Assembly (NCBI GenBank): GCA_041596355.1
Contig: JBFHIS010000005.1
Span: 29,430-93,429 of the forward strand
DNA from: Sulfurimonadaceae bacterium
GTDB lineage: Bacteria; Campylobacterota; Campylobacteria; Campylobacterales; Sulfurimonadaceae
Length of the DNA: 64,000 nucleotides
Direction of reading: 5' to 3'
The stretch's first letter is position 1. Every line of letters starts with the position of its first letter. A model generated the notes under the pieces. The model had not been told where the DNA came from. It worked only from the letters and a program-made list of their open reading frames with translations, and made no database searches. The position numbers were made by a program, and so were the translations under genes. Below are positions 29,321 through 38,341 of the stretch, piece after piece.

Positions 29321-30664
29321 TCAATCCCGCAGTCCAAAATAGAACTCCAACAAAGCTTTTAGATAGTAATTGGACTTGAACCCATATTGATCATCATACG
29401 ATAGAATAGGCTGCAATCGGTAGACAATATATTTGCGTGAGGCCTGTTTACTCCAATTTATGCCAACCGCATAGCGGTATATACCCTGCTTGGGTATGTA
29501 CCCGTCAAACTCTGTAGGTTGTTCCTGCGTCCGTCCATACATACCGAGATATGGGGTGAAGTTTCCATATCTTCCCAGCGTGAAATTAAGGGCCGGTTGT
29601 ACAAAATAGTTCATACCGGCCACTTCGCTGTCAGTTGAGCGTTGAAAGAGCAGTGAAAAGATCATCTGCTTTGCGACTCTTCGTCTAAAACTCAAGTTGG
29701 TCCACTCTTCAAACTTGTTTTGTGCAGAGTATTTGAACACTTGTTGCGGCGCAATCAGCCAATGGCCGAGAAGTGCTTCATAATCGAATGCGGCTTTTGC
29801 GTAAGGGTTGGTTATCCCTGAAAAGCCAAGCCGAAATTTTGTTTGGACCGGTGCGATAAGGCCAAGGAGATTATTTACTCCCAATGCGACGCTGTTGTCT
29901 CGTTCTGCTTCTGTTCCCTCCAGTGACAGATCCGAACTGTATTTAGTCTCATCGCCAAATATCAGGTCAAGCTTCTCTTGTGTCCTCGGGATCTTAAAAC
30001 GGGCGGTTACACTGTAGATATATTGGTCATCTCCTCTATGATCATAAGCATAACCGCCGCGTAGACGGATATAACTGTGGTTGGACCTATCCAAAAACTG
30101 ATCATTGATGTTTTTGTCATCAAACCATTGTGAGATAAGGTATGTTCGTTTGCCTTCTTGTTTATCTGTTGTGTAGAGCTGTTGAGGTAAAGGTGTTTTC
30201 CCTTTATGTGATTCGAGGAATGTCTCTAGACCTTTACTGCTTTCACTGGAGATACCCTCTTCAAAAAAGTTTTGTTTATCTTTTTTTTTGCGGGGTGTTA
30301 CCTTGCTCTCTCCCTTCGAAGCAGATTCATTGTTGTCACTGAGCAGTCGATAGAGAGTGTAATCGATTCCAGACCCAACAACAATGACAGCATCCGTTCC
30401 AAAGAGATAAGTGGTGTCGACATTGGGTAAAAAATATTGTTCGTAGAGTTGACTGGTGTTGTGTATAAAAGTACGGTAGTAAAACCAGTTTTTTGCAGTA
30501 ATACCTTGCAATATGTTAGTCTTGACTGAGAGATTTTGGTCCGAGGACATCATGCTCCTGTTAGCATCAAGAACAGGTATCGGCGTGTTGTCTGCGGAGA
30601 GTAGCGTAGACAGCATGAAAATTAAAAGAGTATAGATGCGTAGTTTCAAACATTCTCCCGACAC
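29321..30664 (-). CDS. hypothetical secreted or outer-membrane protein; contains an in-frame A9 tract
   Basis: 447 aa. Likely TTG start 4 codons downstream of the track start, giving MKLRIYTLLIFMLSTLLSA (signal peptide). Aromatic C-terminal residue. Confidence 0.6.
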   Translation of the reverse strand: MSGECLKLRIYTLLIFMLSTLLSADNTPIPVLDANRSMMSSDQNLSVKTNILQGITAKNWFYYRTFIHNTSQLYEQYFLPNVDTTYLFGTDAVIVVGSGIDYTLYRLLSDNNESASKGESKVTPRKKKDKQNFFEEGISSESSKGLETFLESHKGKTPLPQQLYTTDKQEGKRTYLISQWFDDKNINDQFLDRSNHSYIRLRGGYAYDHRGDDQYIYSVTARFKIPRTQEKLDLIFGDETKYSSDLSLEGTEAERDNSVALGVNNLLGLIAPVQTKFRLGFSGITNPYAKAAFDYEALLGHWLIAPQQVFKYSAQNKFEEWTNLSFRRRVAKQMIFSLLFQRSTDSEVAGMNYFVQPALNFTLGRYGNFTPYLGMYGRTQEQPTEFDGYIPKQGIYRYAVGINWSKQASRKYIVYRLQPILSYDDQYGFKSNYYLKALLEFYFGLRD

Positions 30665-30845
30665 AACTTTTTCAATAGCGACAAAAAGGGTATTAGTATA
30701 GCAATAATATAGTTGTGTTTATATGGAGCAAGTAAGAAACTTGATGTTTTCAGTTTTAATTTTAGAGTTTGAAGGGATCTCCTTCATTCACGAGTCATTC
30801 ACTTTTTTACGGTTTACTTAGTTAAATTGGGCACTTTTTAGTGTT

Positions 30846-31508
30846 CTAGAAAAAGAGATCGGAGATAAGATTGAGGTAAGGATCCGGACCAAGTTCACTG
30901 TTGGATCTGTTAGATGAATGGGCACTATGATTTTGCTCAGCGCGTTTATAGTTTTTTTGTTGAGTAAGCACTTTCTTGCTGTCTAGTATTTTACGACTTG
31001 GATTATTGTGACCACCGAGTCGAAGCCACTCCTGTATCTGTTTAAACTCTCCAGCATCGAGCCAAATACCGTCTTGACGGCAGACATCCATAATAACGCC
31101 ACTGTGATTCATGTAGTTTTCCCGTTGCATTTTCTCTTTGCAGATAGGGCAGTTCTTGTACTTTACAGTGTCCTTGTGTCTAGGGTGTTGTAAAAGGGAA
31201 TGTACCTTGCTATGGTTAATCCAGTAGGAGTGTTTTACACTCTCTTCTAGCAGACGATCCATCTCATAGTTGTCAAAAAACAGGCCAAAACATTGAGGGC
31301 ATTTGTCAATGATAAAGGCGGCATTTTTTCCAACATCAATACTGTGCAAATTGATATCACAGTTTGGACATTCACGTTCTGAGATACGCAAGGGTGTACT
31401 TTTATTATCGACAACGGCAGGAATATCGATGTCATTGCGCGTTCCGCAATAGTTACAGATAATGCCTGTTTTTGGAAGTGGCGCTGAACAGCTGCTGCAG
31501 CGGGGCAT
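30846..31508 (-). CDS. triple zinc-ribbon protein (zf-TFIIB-like modules)
   Basis: CSSC..CNYC; CPNC..CPQCFGLFFDNYEMDRL; CPICKEK..DVCRQDGIWLDAGEF (C.xC.G.WlD.gE signature). Its start overlaps the stop of the upstream SPFH gene (TAATG). Confidence 0.65.
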   Translation of the reverse strand: MPRCSSCSAPLPKTGIICNYCGTRNDIDIPAVVDNKSTPLRISERECPNCDINLHSIDVGKNAAFIIDKCPQCFGLFFDNYEMDRLLEESVKHSYWINHSKVHSLLQHPRHKDTVKYKNCPICKEKMQRENYMNHSGVIMDVCRQDGIWLDAGEFKQIQEWLRLGGHNNPSRKILDSKKVLTQQKNYKRAEQNHSAHSSNRSNSELGPDPYLNLISDLFF

Positions 31509-32494
31509 TAGAGTTCTTTAAGCAGAGTACCCTTTTTATCATTGTACTCTTGTTCGGTTATAAGTGCTTCATCAAACAGTGCTTTAAGCTTGTGTAGACG
31601 CGCCTTGATGTCTTTTGACTCCTGAACAGAGGGAATAGTTTGTGCGGAAAGCCCGTTTCCAATGCCCATTCCCATCATCATACCGGCGGCACCCACTTCA
31701 TTATTGGCGGCATCGTTCATCGCGGAAAGACGCTGGAATTCGCTGTAGCTGACACCAGCGACACCAGCAGCGTGGGTGTCGGCAGTTACATTTGCTATAC
31801 GGCTTATACGCGCTTGTGTCTCCTTGTCAAAGTCTGTTCCCTCTATACGAAAATCAGTCAGTTCGAAGCCAAGTTTCTCGAACTCTTTGTAAAGCTTTTG
31901 TTGAACCTCATAAGAGATCTCTTCACGTTTCGCATCGATTTGAGCATATGATAGGCTCTTTTCAGCTAAATAGTCTGCGATGGGTTGGGAGATACGGTCG
32001 ATAACGACATCTCTAAAGTCAGTCACAAGATAGGAATCTTGCTGTCCAACTATGGTAGTAAAAAAAGTTTTAGCATCTTTGATGACAAAGCTGAGGTTTC
32101 CAAAGCTGATCAGACCTACAGGAAATTTATAGAGAGGGTCCTCATACTTTATAGGTGAAAGTGTCCCCCACTTTTGGTTAAGGATCATAGTCTTTTTGAA
32201 AAAGTAGAGGCCAACCTTGTGCTCACTTTCAAAAGCCTGCATTACTTTTGTTATGGTGGTCCAAAAAGGGATGTTGTCAGTTAAGAGTGAGATACTTCCT
32301 TCTGTCTCAATCACAGAGACAACATGGCCTTGGTAGACAAAAATACATCCCTGTCCCGGCCCAACAATAAGTGTTGAAGCGTTTTTGATCTCATCACCAT
32401 TATCGCTCCAGCGGTAAAAGAGCTCATTGTCAGAGGGTTTTTCCCATTCAATAACTGAACGGAGTTGCCTTTTAATACCATCCCATAGACCCAT
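31508..32494 (-). CDS. SPFH/Band-7 (Band_7_1-type) domain protein with C-terminal SHOCT motif
   Basis: MGLWDGIKRQLRSVIEWE N-terminus characteristic of the Band_7_1 family. C-terminal KARLHKLKALFDEALITEQEYNDKK is SHOCT-like. Confidence 0.7.
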   Translation of the reverse strand: MGLWDGIKRQLRSVIEWEKPSDNELFYRWSDNGDEIKNASTLIVGPGQGCIFVYQGHVVSVIETEGSISLLTDNIPFWTTITKVMQAFESEHKVGLYFFKKTMILNQKWGTLSPIKYEDPLYKFPVGLISFGNLSFVIKDAKTFFTTIVGQQDSYLVTDFRDVVIDRISQPIADYLAEKSLSYAQIDAKREEISYEVQQKLYKEFEKLGFELTDFRIEGTDFDKETQARISRIANVTADTHAAGVAGVSYSEFQRLSAMNDAANNEVGAAGMMMGMGIGNGLSAQTIPSVQESKDIKARLHKLKALFDEALITEQEYNDKKGTLLKEL

Positions 32495-32639
32495 AATGTG
32501 CCCCTTTAATTATGATAATCGATTATAATACAAACAGACTTAAACAGTTTATGTCATGTATAGGCTAAATAAGGGTTGATAGTTAGTAGTTTTCGTAGTG
32601 ATTTGTATGGATAGTTCTGATTTGAATGATAAAAAGTGG

Positions 32640-32711
32640 ATGGGGTAGAGGGATTCGAACCCCCGAATACTGGTACCAAAAACCAGTGCCTTACCGCTTG
32701 GCGATACCCCA
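32640..32711 (-). tRNA. tRNA-Gln (anticodon UUG); CCA apparently not encoded
   Basis: Reverse complement TGGGGTATCGCCAAGCGGTAAGGCACTGGTTTTTGGTACCAG...TTCGAATCCCTCTACCCCA, close to E. coli tRNA-Gln; loop UUUUGGU. Confidence 0.8.
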
Positions 32712-32737
32712 ATATTTATGAAAGTTGTTTTTTATGT

Positions 32738-32814
<77 letters not shown>

Positions 32815-32941
32815 ACATTTAAAATTTTTGCTTTATGCCGTACTCTGCGTTAGTTCTTCCTTCGGATACTGGCGTATACCTCAGTCTCAACTGCCTTGAT
32901 TACAACAAAAATCAATAAATTTTACAACCGTTGATTGTAAA

Positions 32942-33026
32942 TGGTGCGGACGAGAGGACTTGAACCTCCACACCGTGAGGCACCAGATCCTAAGTCTGGC
33001 GTGTCTACCAATTCCACCACGTCCGC
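32942..33026 (-). tRNA. tRNA-Leu (anticodon UAG), copy 1
   Basis: 85 nt with a long variable arm; loop CUUAGGA; CCA encoded. Confidence 0.9.
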
Positions 33027-33070
33027 GTTTTTTGTAATAATAAGTAAAATAAAGTTAACAATCAAATAGA

Positions 33071-33155
33071 TGGTGCGGACGAGAGGACTTGAACCTCCAC
33101 ACCGTAAGGCACCAGATCCTAAGTCTGGCGTGTCTACCAATTCCACCACGTCCGC
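33071..33155 (-). tRNA. tRNA-Leu (anticodon UAG), copy 2 (one nucleotide different from copy 1)
   Basis: Identical to copy 1 except for a G/A change in the variable arm; 44-bp AT-rich spacer. Confidence 0.9.
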
Positions 33156-33344
33156 ATGTGTTTGTTGTTAACAGTATTAATAAAGAACATCTATCATTTT
33201 AATTTCTCTGTTTTCAAAAACAGAAGCTTTAGTGCCATAGCGGCAAGCAGTTGTCTCTATGTTCTTTGCAAAACTTTGCAAAAGCTTTAGTGACTTAGCG
33301 TCTAGCGTAGGAAATGGGCTTTGCTCATTTTCGTTCTAAACAAA

Positions 33345-33421
<77 letters not shown>

Positions 33422-33432
33422 GTATTTTTTAA

Positions 33433-33509
33433 TGGTACGCCCGACAGGGTTCGAACCTGTAACCGGCGGTGCCGAAAACCGCTACTCTATCCAGTTGAGC
33501 CACGGGCGC
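33433..33509 (-). tRNA. tRNA-Arg (anticodon read as UCG; loop UUUCGGC)
   Basis: GCGCCCGTGGCTCAACTGGATAGAGTAGCGGTTTTCGGCACCGC...GGTTCGAACCC...CCA. The anticodon assignment depends on hand-folding. Confidence 0.65.
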
Positions 33510-33553
33510 ACACTGTAAAAAATGTCTTATTTCAAATTTTAATTTCTATCAAA

Positions 33554-33631
33554 TGGGGTGAGATACGGGATTCGAACCCGCGACCCCCGGCACCACAAAC
33601 CAGTGCTCTAACCAACTGAGCTAATCTCACC
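33554..33631 (-). tRNA. tRNA-His (anticodon GUG) with genomically encoded G-1
   Basis: An extra 5' G pairs with C73; loop UUGUGGU; CCA encoded. Confidence 0.88.
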
Positions 33632-33659
33632 ATATGTTTGAAAAAAATAAGAAATAAAG

Positions 33660-33737
33660 TGGTCGGGGCGAAAGGACTCGAACCTTCGACCCCCTGGTCC
33701 CAAACCAGGTACTCTAACCATACTGAGCTACGCCCCG
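33660..33737 (-). tRNA. tRNA-Pro (anticodon UGG)
   Basis: CGGGGCGTAGCTCAGTATGGTTAGAGTACCTGGTTTGGGACCAGG...; C1:G72 typical of tRNA-Pro; CCA encoded. Confidence 0.88.
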
Positions 33738-33878
33738 ACCTATTCAGCTAAAATGATAAATCAGATTAGTGAGGCGGAATTATAGGATAAATTCCTTTAC
33801 TTGTCAATAGTTTTTTCTCTAGAGGAGCATTAAAGTGAAATTTCTTTATAATAATCGTCAAGAGCAATAGGAAATTTT

Positions 33879-35228
33879 ATGAAATTAGCACGTTTTAGCA
33901 GGGTCGGTTTTATTTTGGCAGCAGCAGGAAGTGCCGTCGGTCTGGGAAATATTTGGAAGTTTCCGTATATAACAGGTGAAAATGGCGGAGGGGCTTTTGT
34001 CTTCGTTTATTTGATCACGGTGATGATGATCGGTTTTACATTGATGATTGCCGAGATGCTGATCGGTTATGTCGGACGACGCGACAGTGTCACAAGTTTT
34101 GAGGAACTGGCTCCAAGAGATAAACACCTATGGAAATACGGCGGGTTTATGAGCCTTGCAGGCTTGATTATTATGATCTTCTACTCACCGGTCATCGGTT
34201 GGACTTTTCATTTTATCGTGATGTCGTTAGATGTGCTGCCCTCTTCTGTAGAAGTGGCAAAAACAAACTTCACGGAACTCATCTCCATAAACCTCGGCAC
34301 GCAAATCTTTTACCACACCTTGGTCTTTCTGTTTGTTACGACAGTTGTGGCCAGGGGTATTAAAAGTGGTATTGAAAAATTAAATTTTCTTTTAATGCCG
34401 ACATTGATCATCTCTGTCGCAGGGATGTTCTTGTATGCGACAACACTGACAGGTTTTGCGCAGGCTTGGGATTTTATGTTCTCAGCAGATTGGGACAAAC
34501 TGACCTCCGCATCACTCGTCACTGCCGTGGGGCATGCTTTTTTTACCCTTTCATTAGGTATGGCAACGATCTTGACCTACTCGGCATCATTGCCAAAAGA
34601 GAGTAACCTGGTCCGCAGCTCTATCATTATTATTGCTTTGGATACGGGTATCGCACTGCTTGCCGGATTGACACTGTTTACCTTTTTATATGAGTATGGA
34701 GCAGAACCGTCAGCAGGACCGGGCCTTGTCTTTATCTCTCTTCCGACTGTTTTTTATGAGATGGGCTTTCTCGGACATATTCTGGCATTTGTCTTTTTTG
34801 TGGCGCTGGCATCGGCAGGGTTGACGTCAGCCGTTTCATTGGTGGAGCCGATCATTCAATATCTGATCGACCGATTTGCATTTTCCCGTCTGAAAGCGTC
34901 AGTCGCATCGGGGCTATTTTTCTATCTTTTCGGTATTGTGGCGATTTTGTCGACATCCGAAGAGTATGGGCATTACTTAACCTTCGGTTCAAAAAACTTC
35001 TTTGACTGGGCAGACTTTATAACGGCTTCGATAATGCTGCCTTTAGGGGGCTTGATCATGGCGATCTTTGTCGGTCATGTGATGGAAAAAGAGCGTGTCG
35101 CTTCGATATTGAAGAGGCAGTTAGGTAAGATATATCCATTATGGTACTTTAGTGTACGCTATATCGTTCCTGTAGCATTGGTTGTTGTCATGCTCAATCT
35201 TGTCGGACTGTTAGAGTTGCAAGGGTAA
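33879..35228 (+). CDS. neurotransmitter:sodium symporter (NSS/SNF) family transporter
   Basis: GFILAAAGSAVGLGNIWKFPY signature N-terminus; 449 aa; multi-TM. Confidence 0.85.
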   Translation: MKLARFSRVGFILAAAGSAVGLGNIWKFPYITGENGGGAFVFVYLITVMMIGFTLMIAEMLIGYVGRRDSVTSFEELAPRDKHLWKYGGFMSLAGLIIMIFYSPVIGWTFHFIVMSLDVLPSSVEVAKTNFTELISINLGTQIFYHTLVFLFVTTVVARGIKSGIEKLNFLLMPTLIISVAGMFLYATTLTGFAQAWDFMFSADWDKLTSASLVTAVGHAFFTLSLGMATILTYSASLPKESNLVRSSIIIIALDTGIALLAGLTLFTFLYEYGAEPSAGPGLVFISLPTVFYEMGFLGHILAFVFFVALASAGLTSAVSLVEPIIQYLIDRFAFSRLKASVASGLFFYLFGIVAILSTSEEYGHYLTFGSKNFFDWADFITASIMLPLGGLIMAIFVGHVMEKERVASILKRQLGKIYPLWYFSVRYIVPVALVVVMLNLVGLLELQG

Positions 35229-35231
35229 ATT

Positions 35232-36038
35232 ATGAAAAAGATATTGCTTGTCGTCATCATCATGTTCGCTGCATCACAGCTGCAAGCAGAGGAGACATCG
35301 CCCGATGCATTTCAGCTGCGAGTGGGCGGATATCTGCTGGCGGGTCAGAATACGGATATCGGCGTGAGTAAAAAAGGTGCCAGTGTCGGGATCAACCTCC
35401 AGGACCTTTTCAACATGGAGACAACGACACAGGTATTCCGTCTGGACGGTTACTACCGGTTTACGCCGAAACATGCTGTCGAATTTTCCTGGTACAAGAT
35501 CAACAGCAGCAGTCAAACTGATGCAGACATCAACTTTACGTGGGATGACCAGAATATTTCGGCTTTGGGCTCTTTGAGCACCTATTTTGATACCGATATC
35601 TATAAGGTCAATTATGTCTATTCGTTCTATCATAATGAGAAGGTGGAGCTCGGTTTAAGCGCGGGACTGCACATCACGACACTGGGTGTCGGATTTTCAG
35701 GTAATTATGAGACAAACGGTACTGCCGATAACAGTGGCGAAGATGTCAGAGTGACAGCTCCGTTGCCGGTTGTAGGGTTTCGACTTAAGTACAATATTTT
35801 GCCTGAGTTGAGCGTCAAGTATGCCGTTGATTACTTCTTCCTGACTTTTGACAACACGACGGGTACGCTTACCGACTCGTTACTAACTGTCAACTATCGT
35901 ATAACACGTCATTTCGGTATGGGTATAGGCATCAACTCAACCCGTATGCGTCTGGAAACAGATGCGGGCGAAGATTCCAGACTGAACGTCAGTCATGATG
36001 TCGCGGGCGGCTTGATCTACGGCACGCTCAATTTTTAG
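35232..36038 (+). CDS. hypothetical outer-membrane beta-barrel protein
   Basis: Signal peptide MKKILLVVIIMFAASQLQA; alternating aromatic beta-strand pattern; ends ...GTLNF. Confidence 0.55.
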   Translation: MKKILLVVIIMFAASQLQAEETSPDAFQLRVGGYLLAGQNTDIGVSKKGASVGINLQDLFNMETTTQVFRLDGYYRFTPKHAVEFSWYKINSSSQTDADINFTWDDQNISALGSLSTYFDTDIYKVNYVYSFYHNEKVELGLSAGLHITTLGVGFSGNYETNGTADNSGEDVRVTAPLPVVGFRLKYNILPELSVKYAVDYFFLTFDNTTGTLTDSLLTVNYRITRHFGMGIGINSTRMRLETDAGEDSRLNVSHDVAGGLIYGTLNF

Positions 36039-36052
36039 AGATAGGCTCTTTT

Positions 36053-36481
36053 CTACTTCTGTCTCTTTTTAAAAAGAGCATCCGCATCTCTTAAGGCTTC
36101 TGAAAACTCTTTTATGTTGAGATAGCCGATACTTTCCCAATACTCTTTCTCATCGTTAGGATCAATAAAAAAGACGGTAGGAATACGGGGTGTCTGATAT
36201 TGTTTCGGAAAACTTTCCGCATCCTTGTTCCGGTCGACGATCACCGGGATATAGGTTGATTTAATCACAGGTGCCACTGTTTTGGAGGCGAGGGTCTTTC
36301 GTTCAAACTTACGACACCACGGGCAGTAAGAGGTCACTACAACCAGCATCAAAGGCTTCTTCTCTCGTTTGGCAATGCTCAAGGCTTTGTTATAGTCGCT
36401 ATGGTATCCAAGCTCTTGAGCTGCTTGGGGTGAAGCGAGCAGTGACAGTGTTAATATGAAAATAAAAGAGAGTAAACGCAT
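36053..36481 (-). CDS. periplasmic thioredoxin-fold protein
   Basis: Signal peptide; YCPWC redox motif; 142 aa. Confidence 0.7.
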   Translation of the reverse strand: MRLLSFIFILTLSLLASPQAAQELGYHSDYNKALSIAKREKKPLMLVVVTSYCPWCRKFERKTLASKTVAPVIKSTYIPVIVDRNKDAESFPKQYQTPRIPTVFFIDPNDEKEYWESIGYLNIKEFSEALRDADALFKKRQK

Positions 36482-36724
36482 AACGGTTCCTGGTAAATGT
36501 CAAGTATAAAACCATTGTATATCAAATTGACTTTAATGTTTGTAGCGGAAAGTGAAGTAAAGATTCTTTGCAAAAAAGTAGGCTTCTATTTATACGGCGA
36601 AAAGAATTTCTCCCTTCGTGTTATGAAAAAGCGATCGTTTGAAGTGCGGTGGAACTGCACATGGGCACGCCGCCGAGGCGAATCCGGTGTTAACGCAGAG
36701 AACGGAATTACTTGCTTTCTCGTA

Positions 36725-37504
36725 TTAAAATTGTATCATCCCGTCTATCGGAGATGAGGCTGTTGCGTATGGGCGTTTTGGGATACGGCCGGCAAGGTAG
36801 CTCATACGACCGGCACGAATAGCGTGTTTCATTGCCTCAGCCATGATCATCGGATTTTGTGCCTGTGCGATGGCAGTGTTGGTCAGGACGCCGTCTGCAC
36901 CAAGCTCCATGGCATAGACCGCGTCACTGGCACAACCGATACCCGCATCAACAATAATAGGAAGGTTTACCGCTTCGCGGACAAAGACGATATTGTACGG
37001 GTTTTGAACACCGAGACCTGAACCGATAGGTGCGGCAAGCGGCATAATCGCAGCTGCGCCGGCATCTTCCAGACGTTTCGCCATGATCGGATCATCAGAG
37101 GTGTAGGCCATGATCGTAAAGCCCTCTTTAGCGAGAACTTCACAAGCTTTAATAGTCTCTAATACATCAGGATAGAGAGTCTTCTGGGTGTCACCGATCA
37201 CCTCAAGTTTGATGAGATCGATCCCTGTTGCTTCTCGTGTCAGACGAAAGGTCGTAATGGCCTCTTCGGCAGTTACACAGCCTGCAGAGTTCGGAAGGAA
37301 CTTCACGTTTGTGTCAGCAAAAGTGTCACGCAGGTTCTCTTTGTTCGGGTCAGTAATATTAAGACGGCGAACTGCTACGGTGATCAGTTCTGAACCCGAT
37401 GCCAGTGTGGCTGCCTTGGTTGTTTCGAAATCAGCGTATTTGCCGCTTCCAACAATGAGGCGGCTGCCCAGTTCGTATTTGCCGATTTTTAAAATGTTAT
37501 CCAT
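36725..37504 (-). CDS. thiG: thiazole synthase
   Basis: [23 protein letters not shown]... Start moved 12 codons in from the track start, to the ATG with a GGAGAAAAC RBS; TIM-barrel ThiG motifs throughout. Confidence 0.9.
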   Translation of the reverse strand: MDNILKIGKYELGSRLIVGSGKYADFETTKAATLASGSELITVAVRRLNITDPNKENLRDTFADTNVKFLPNSAGCVTAEEAITTFRLTREATGIDLIKLEVIGDTQKTLYPDVLETIKACEVLAKEGFTIMAYTSDDPIMAKRLEDAGAAAIMPLAAPIGSGLGVQNPYNIVFVREAVNLPIIVDAGIGCASDAVYAMELGADGVLTNTAIAQAQNPMIMAEAMKHAIRAGRMSYLAGRIPKRPYATASSPIDGMIQF

Positions 37505-37605
37505 GTTTTCTCCAATTGTTGGGTAGATGTTTGATCGCACATCTCTATAATAGTGTCGCGTTTATAACATAGTGACTCTGTAAACTGACTTACTTTTGCT
37601 AACGC

Positions 37606-38172
37606 TTATTGCTCTTTAAGAATTTTGACAATGGCCTCCGGAAGAAGCTTGTGCTCGAGTCTGCGTATCTTTCGGGTAAAGCTTTCGAGTGTCTCATCGG
37701 CTGTTTTAGAAAAGGCATCTTGGACGATAACCTCGCCTCCGTCGAGTTCGGAACTGACCCAGTGGACACTGACACCGCCGGAAAGCTCACTGCTTTCAAA
37801 ACTCTTTTCTATGGCGTTACCGCCTTTGAAAAGAGGCAGAAGCGAAGGGTGGACATTGATCGCTTTGATGTTGTCTGTGATGACAGGTGTCAAGATGCGC
37901 ATAAAGCCGGCCATAACGACCAGGTCCGGATCATAGTGGCGAATGGTATGCAGGAGCTGGTGGTCAAAACTTTCTCTGTCGCTAAAGTCGGTGTGGTCGA
38001 TGACCTCTACAGGGACATGATGTTCTTTCGCTTTTGCGATCCCGCCGGCATTGGGACGGTTAGTGATCGCGGCAAGGACATCGACCTCTTTGTGATGGAG
38101 TGTTTCGATGATGTTGAGAAGGTTGGACCCTTCTCCGCTAAAAAGGATGACGATTGTTTTACGACTCGGCAT
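37606..38172 (-). CDS. purN: phosphoribosylglycinamide formyltransferase (folate-dependent)
   Basis: IVILFSGEGSNL, NVHPSLLP and other PurN motifs; 188 aa. Its start codon lies inside the first arm unit of repeat locus C. Confidence 0.9.
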   Translation of the reverse strand: MPSRKTIVILFSGEGSNLLNIIETLHHKEVDVLAAITNRPNAGGIAKAKEHHVPVEVIDHTDFSDRESFDHQLLHTIRHYDPDLVVMAGFMRILTPVITDNIKAINVHPSLLPLFKGGNAIEKSFESSELSGGVSVHWVSSELDGGEVIVQDAFSKTADETLESFTRKIRRLEHKLLPEAIVKILKEQ

Positions 38173-38310
38173 TTAGTGCCTCCCATGCATTGAACTGTTG
38201 GTTCCGATACGACTCGGCATTTCACGATCCGTCATTTAGTGACTCCCTGTATTGTGCTGTTGGCACTTAACTGCCTTCCGTGCATTGCGCTGATACGATG
38301 AATCATTTAG
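38160..38310 (+). repeat. repeat locus C: about three degenerate tandem copies of the roughly 45-bp arm unit CGGCATTTAGTGCCTCCCTGCATTGCGCTGTTGGCGCTGATAC
   Basis: acgactCGGCATTTAGTGCCTCCCaTGCATTGaaCTGTTGG.., ..gactCGGCATTTcacgatCC.., GTCATTTAGTGaCTCCCTGtATTGtGCTGTTGGCacT.., ..TGCATTGCGCTGATACgatg. Contiguous units, no unique spacers. Confidence 0.55.
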
Positions 38311-38341
38311 AGTTTTTTCCGTATGGTGGTGTTGACATTGA

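Noticed and set aside
32922-33149. 75-aa minus-strand ORF
   Set aside because: It is composed of the two tandem tRNA-Leu genes read as protein, which is a translation artefact.
36497-36757. 86-aa + strand ORF between the thioredoxin-like gene and thiG
   Set aside because: It overlaps the thiG 3' end on the opposite strand and has no RBS or family signal.
37505-37605. TPP riboswitch expected upstream of thiG
   Set aside because: The 100-bp region lacks the CUGAGA and ACCUGAUCUGGAUAAUGCCAGCG-type conserved elements. thiG is probably co-transcribed with purN.
37609-38193. 194-aa + strand ORF over purN, and similar antisense ORFs over nnr (39038-39766), rluB (40896-41477) and tig (50273-50809)
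   Set aside because: All are antisense to strongly supported genes and have no RBS or motif support.
38160-38310. Possible CRISPR array, because of the short tandem repeats
   Set aside because: The units are contiguous and degenerate with no unique spacers, and they belong to the arm unit of the dispersed repeat family. No cas genes are in the window.
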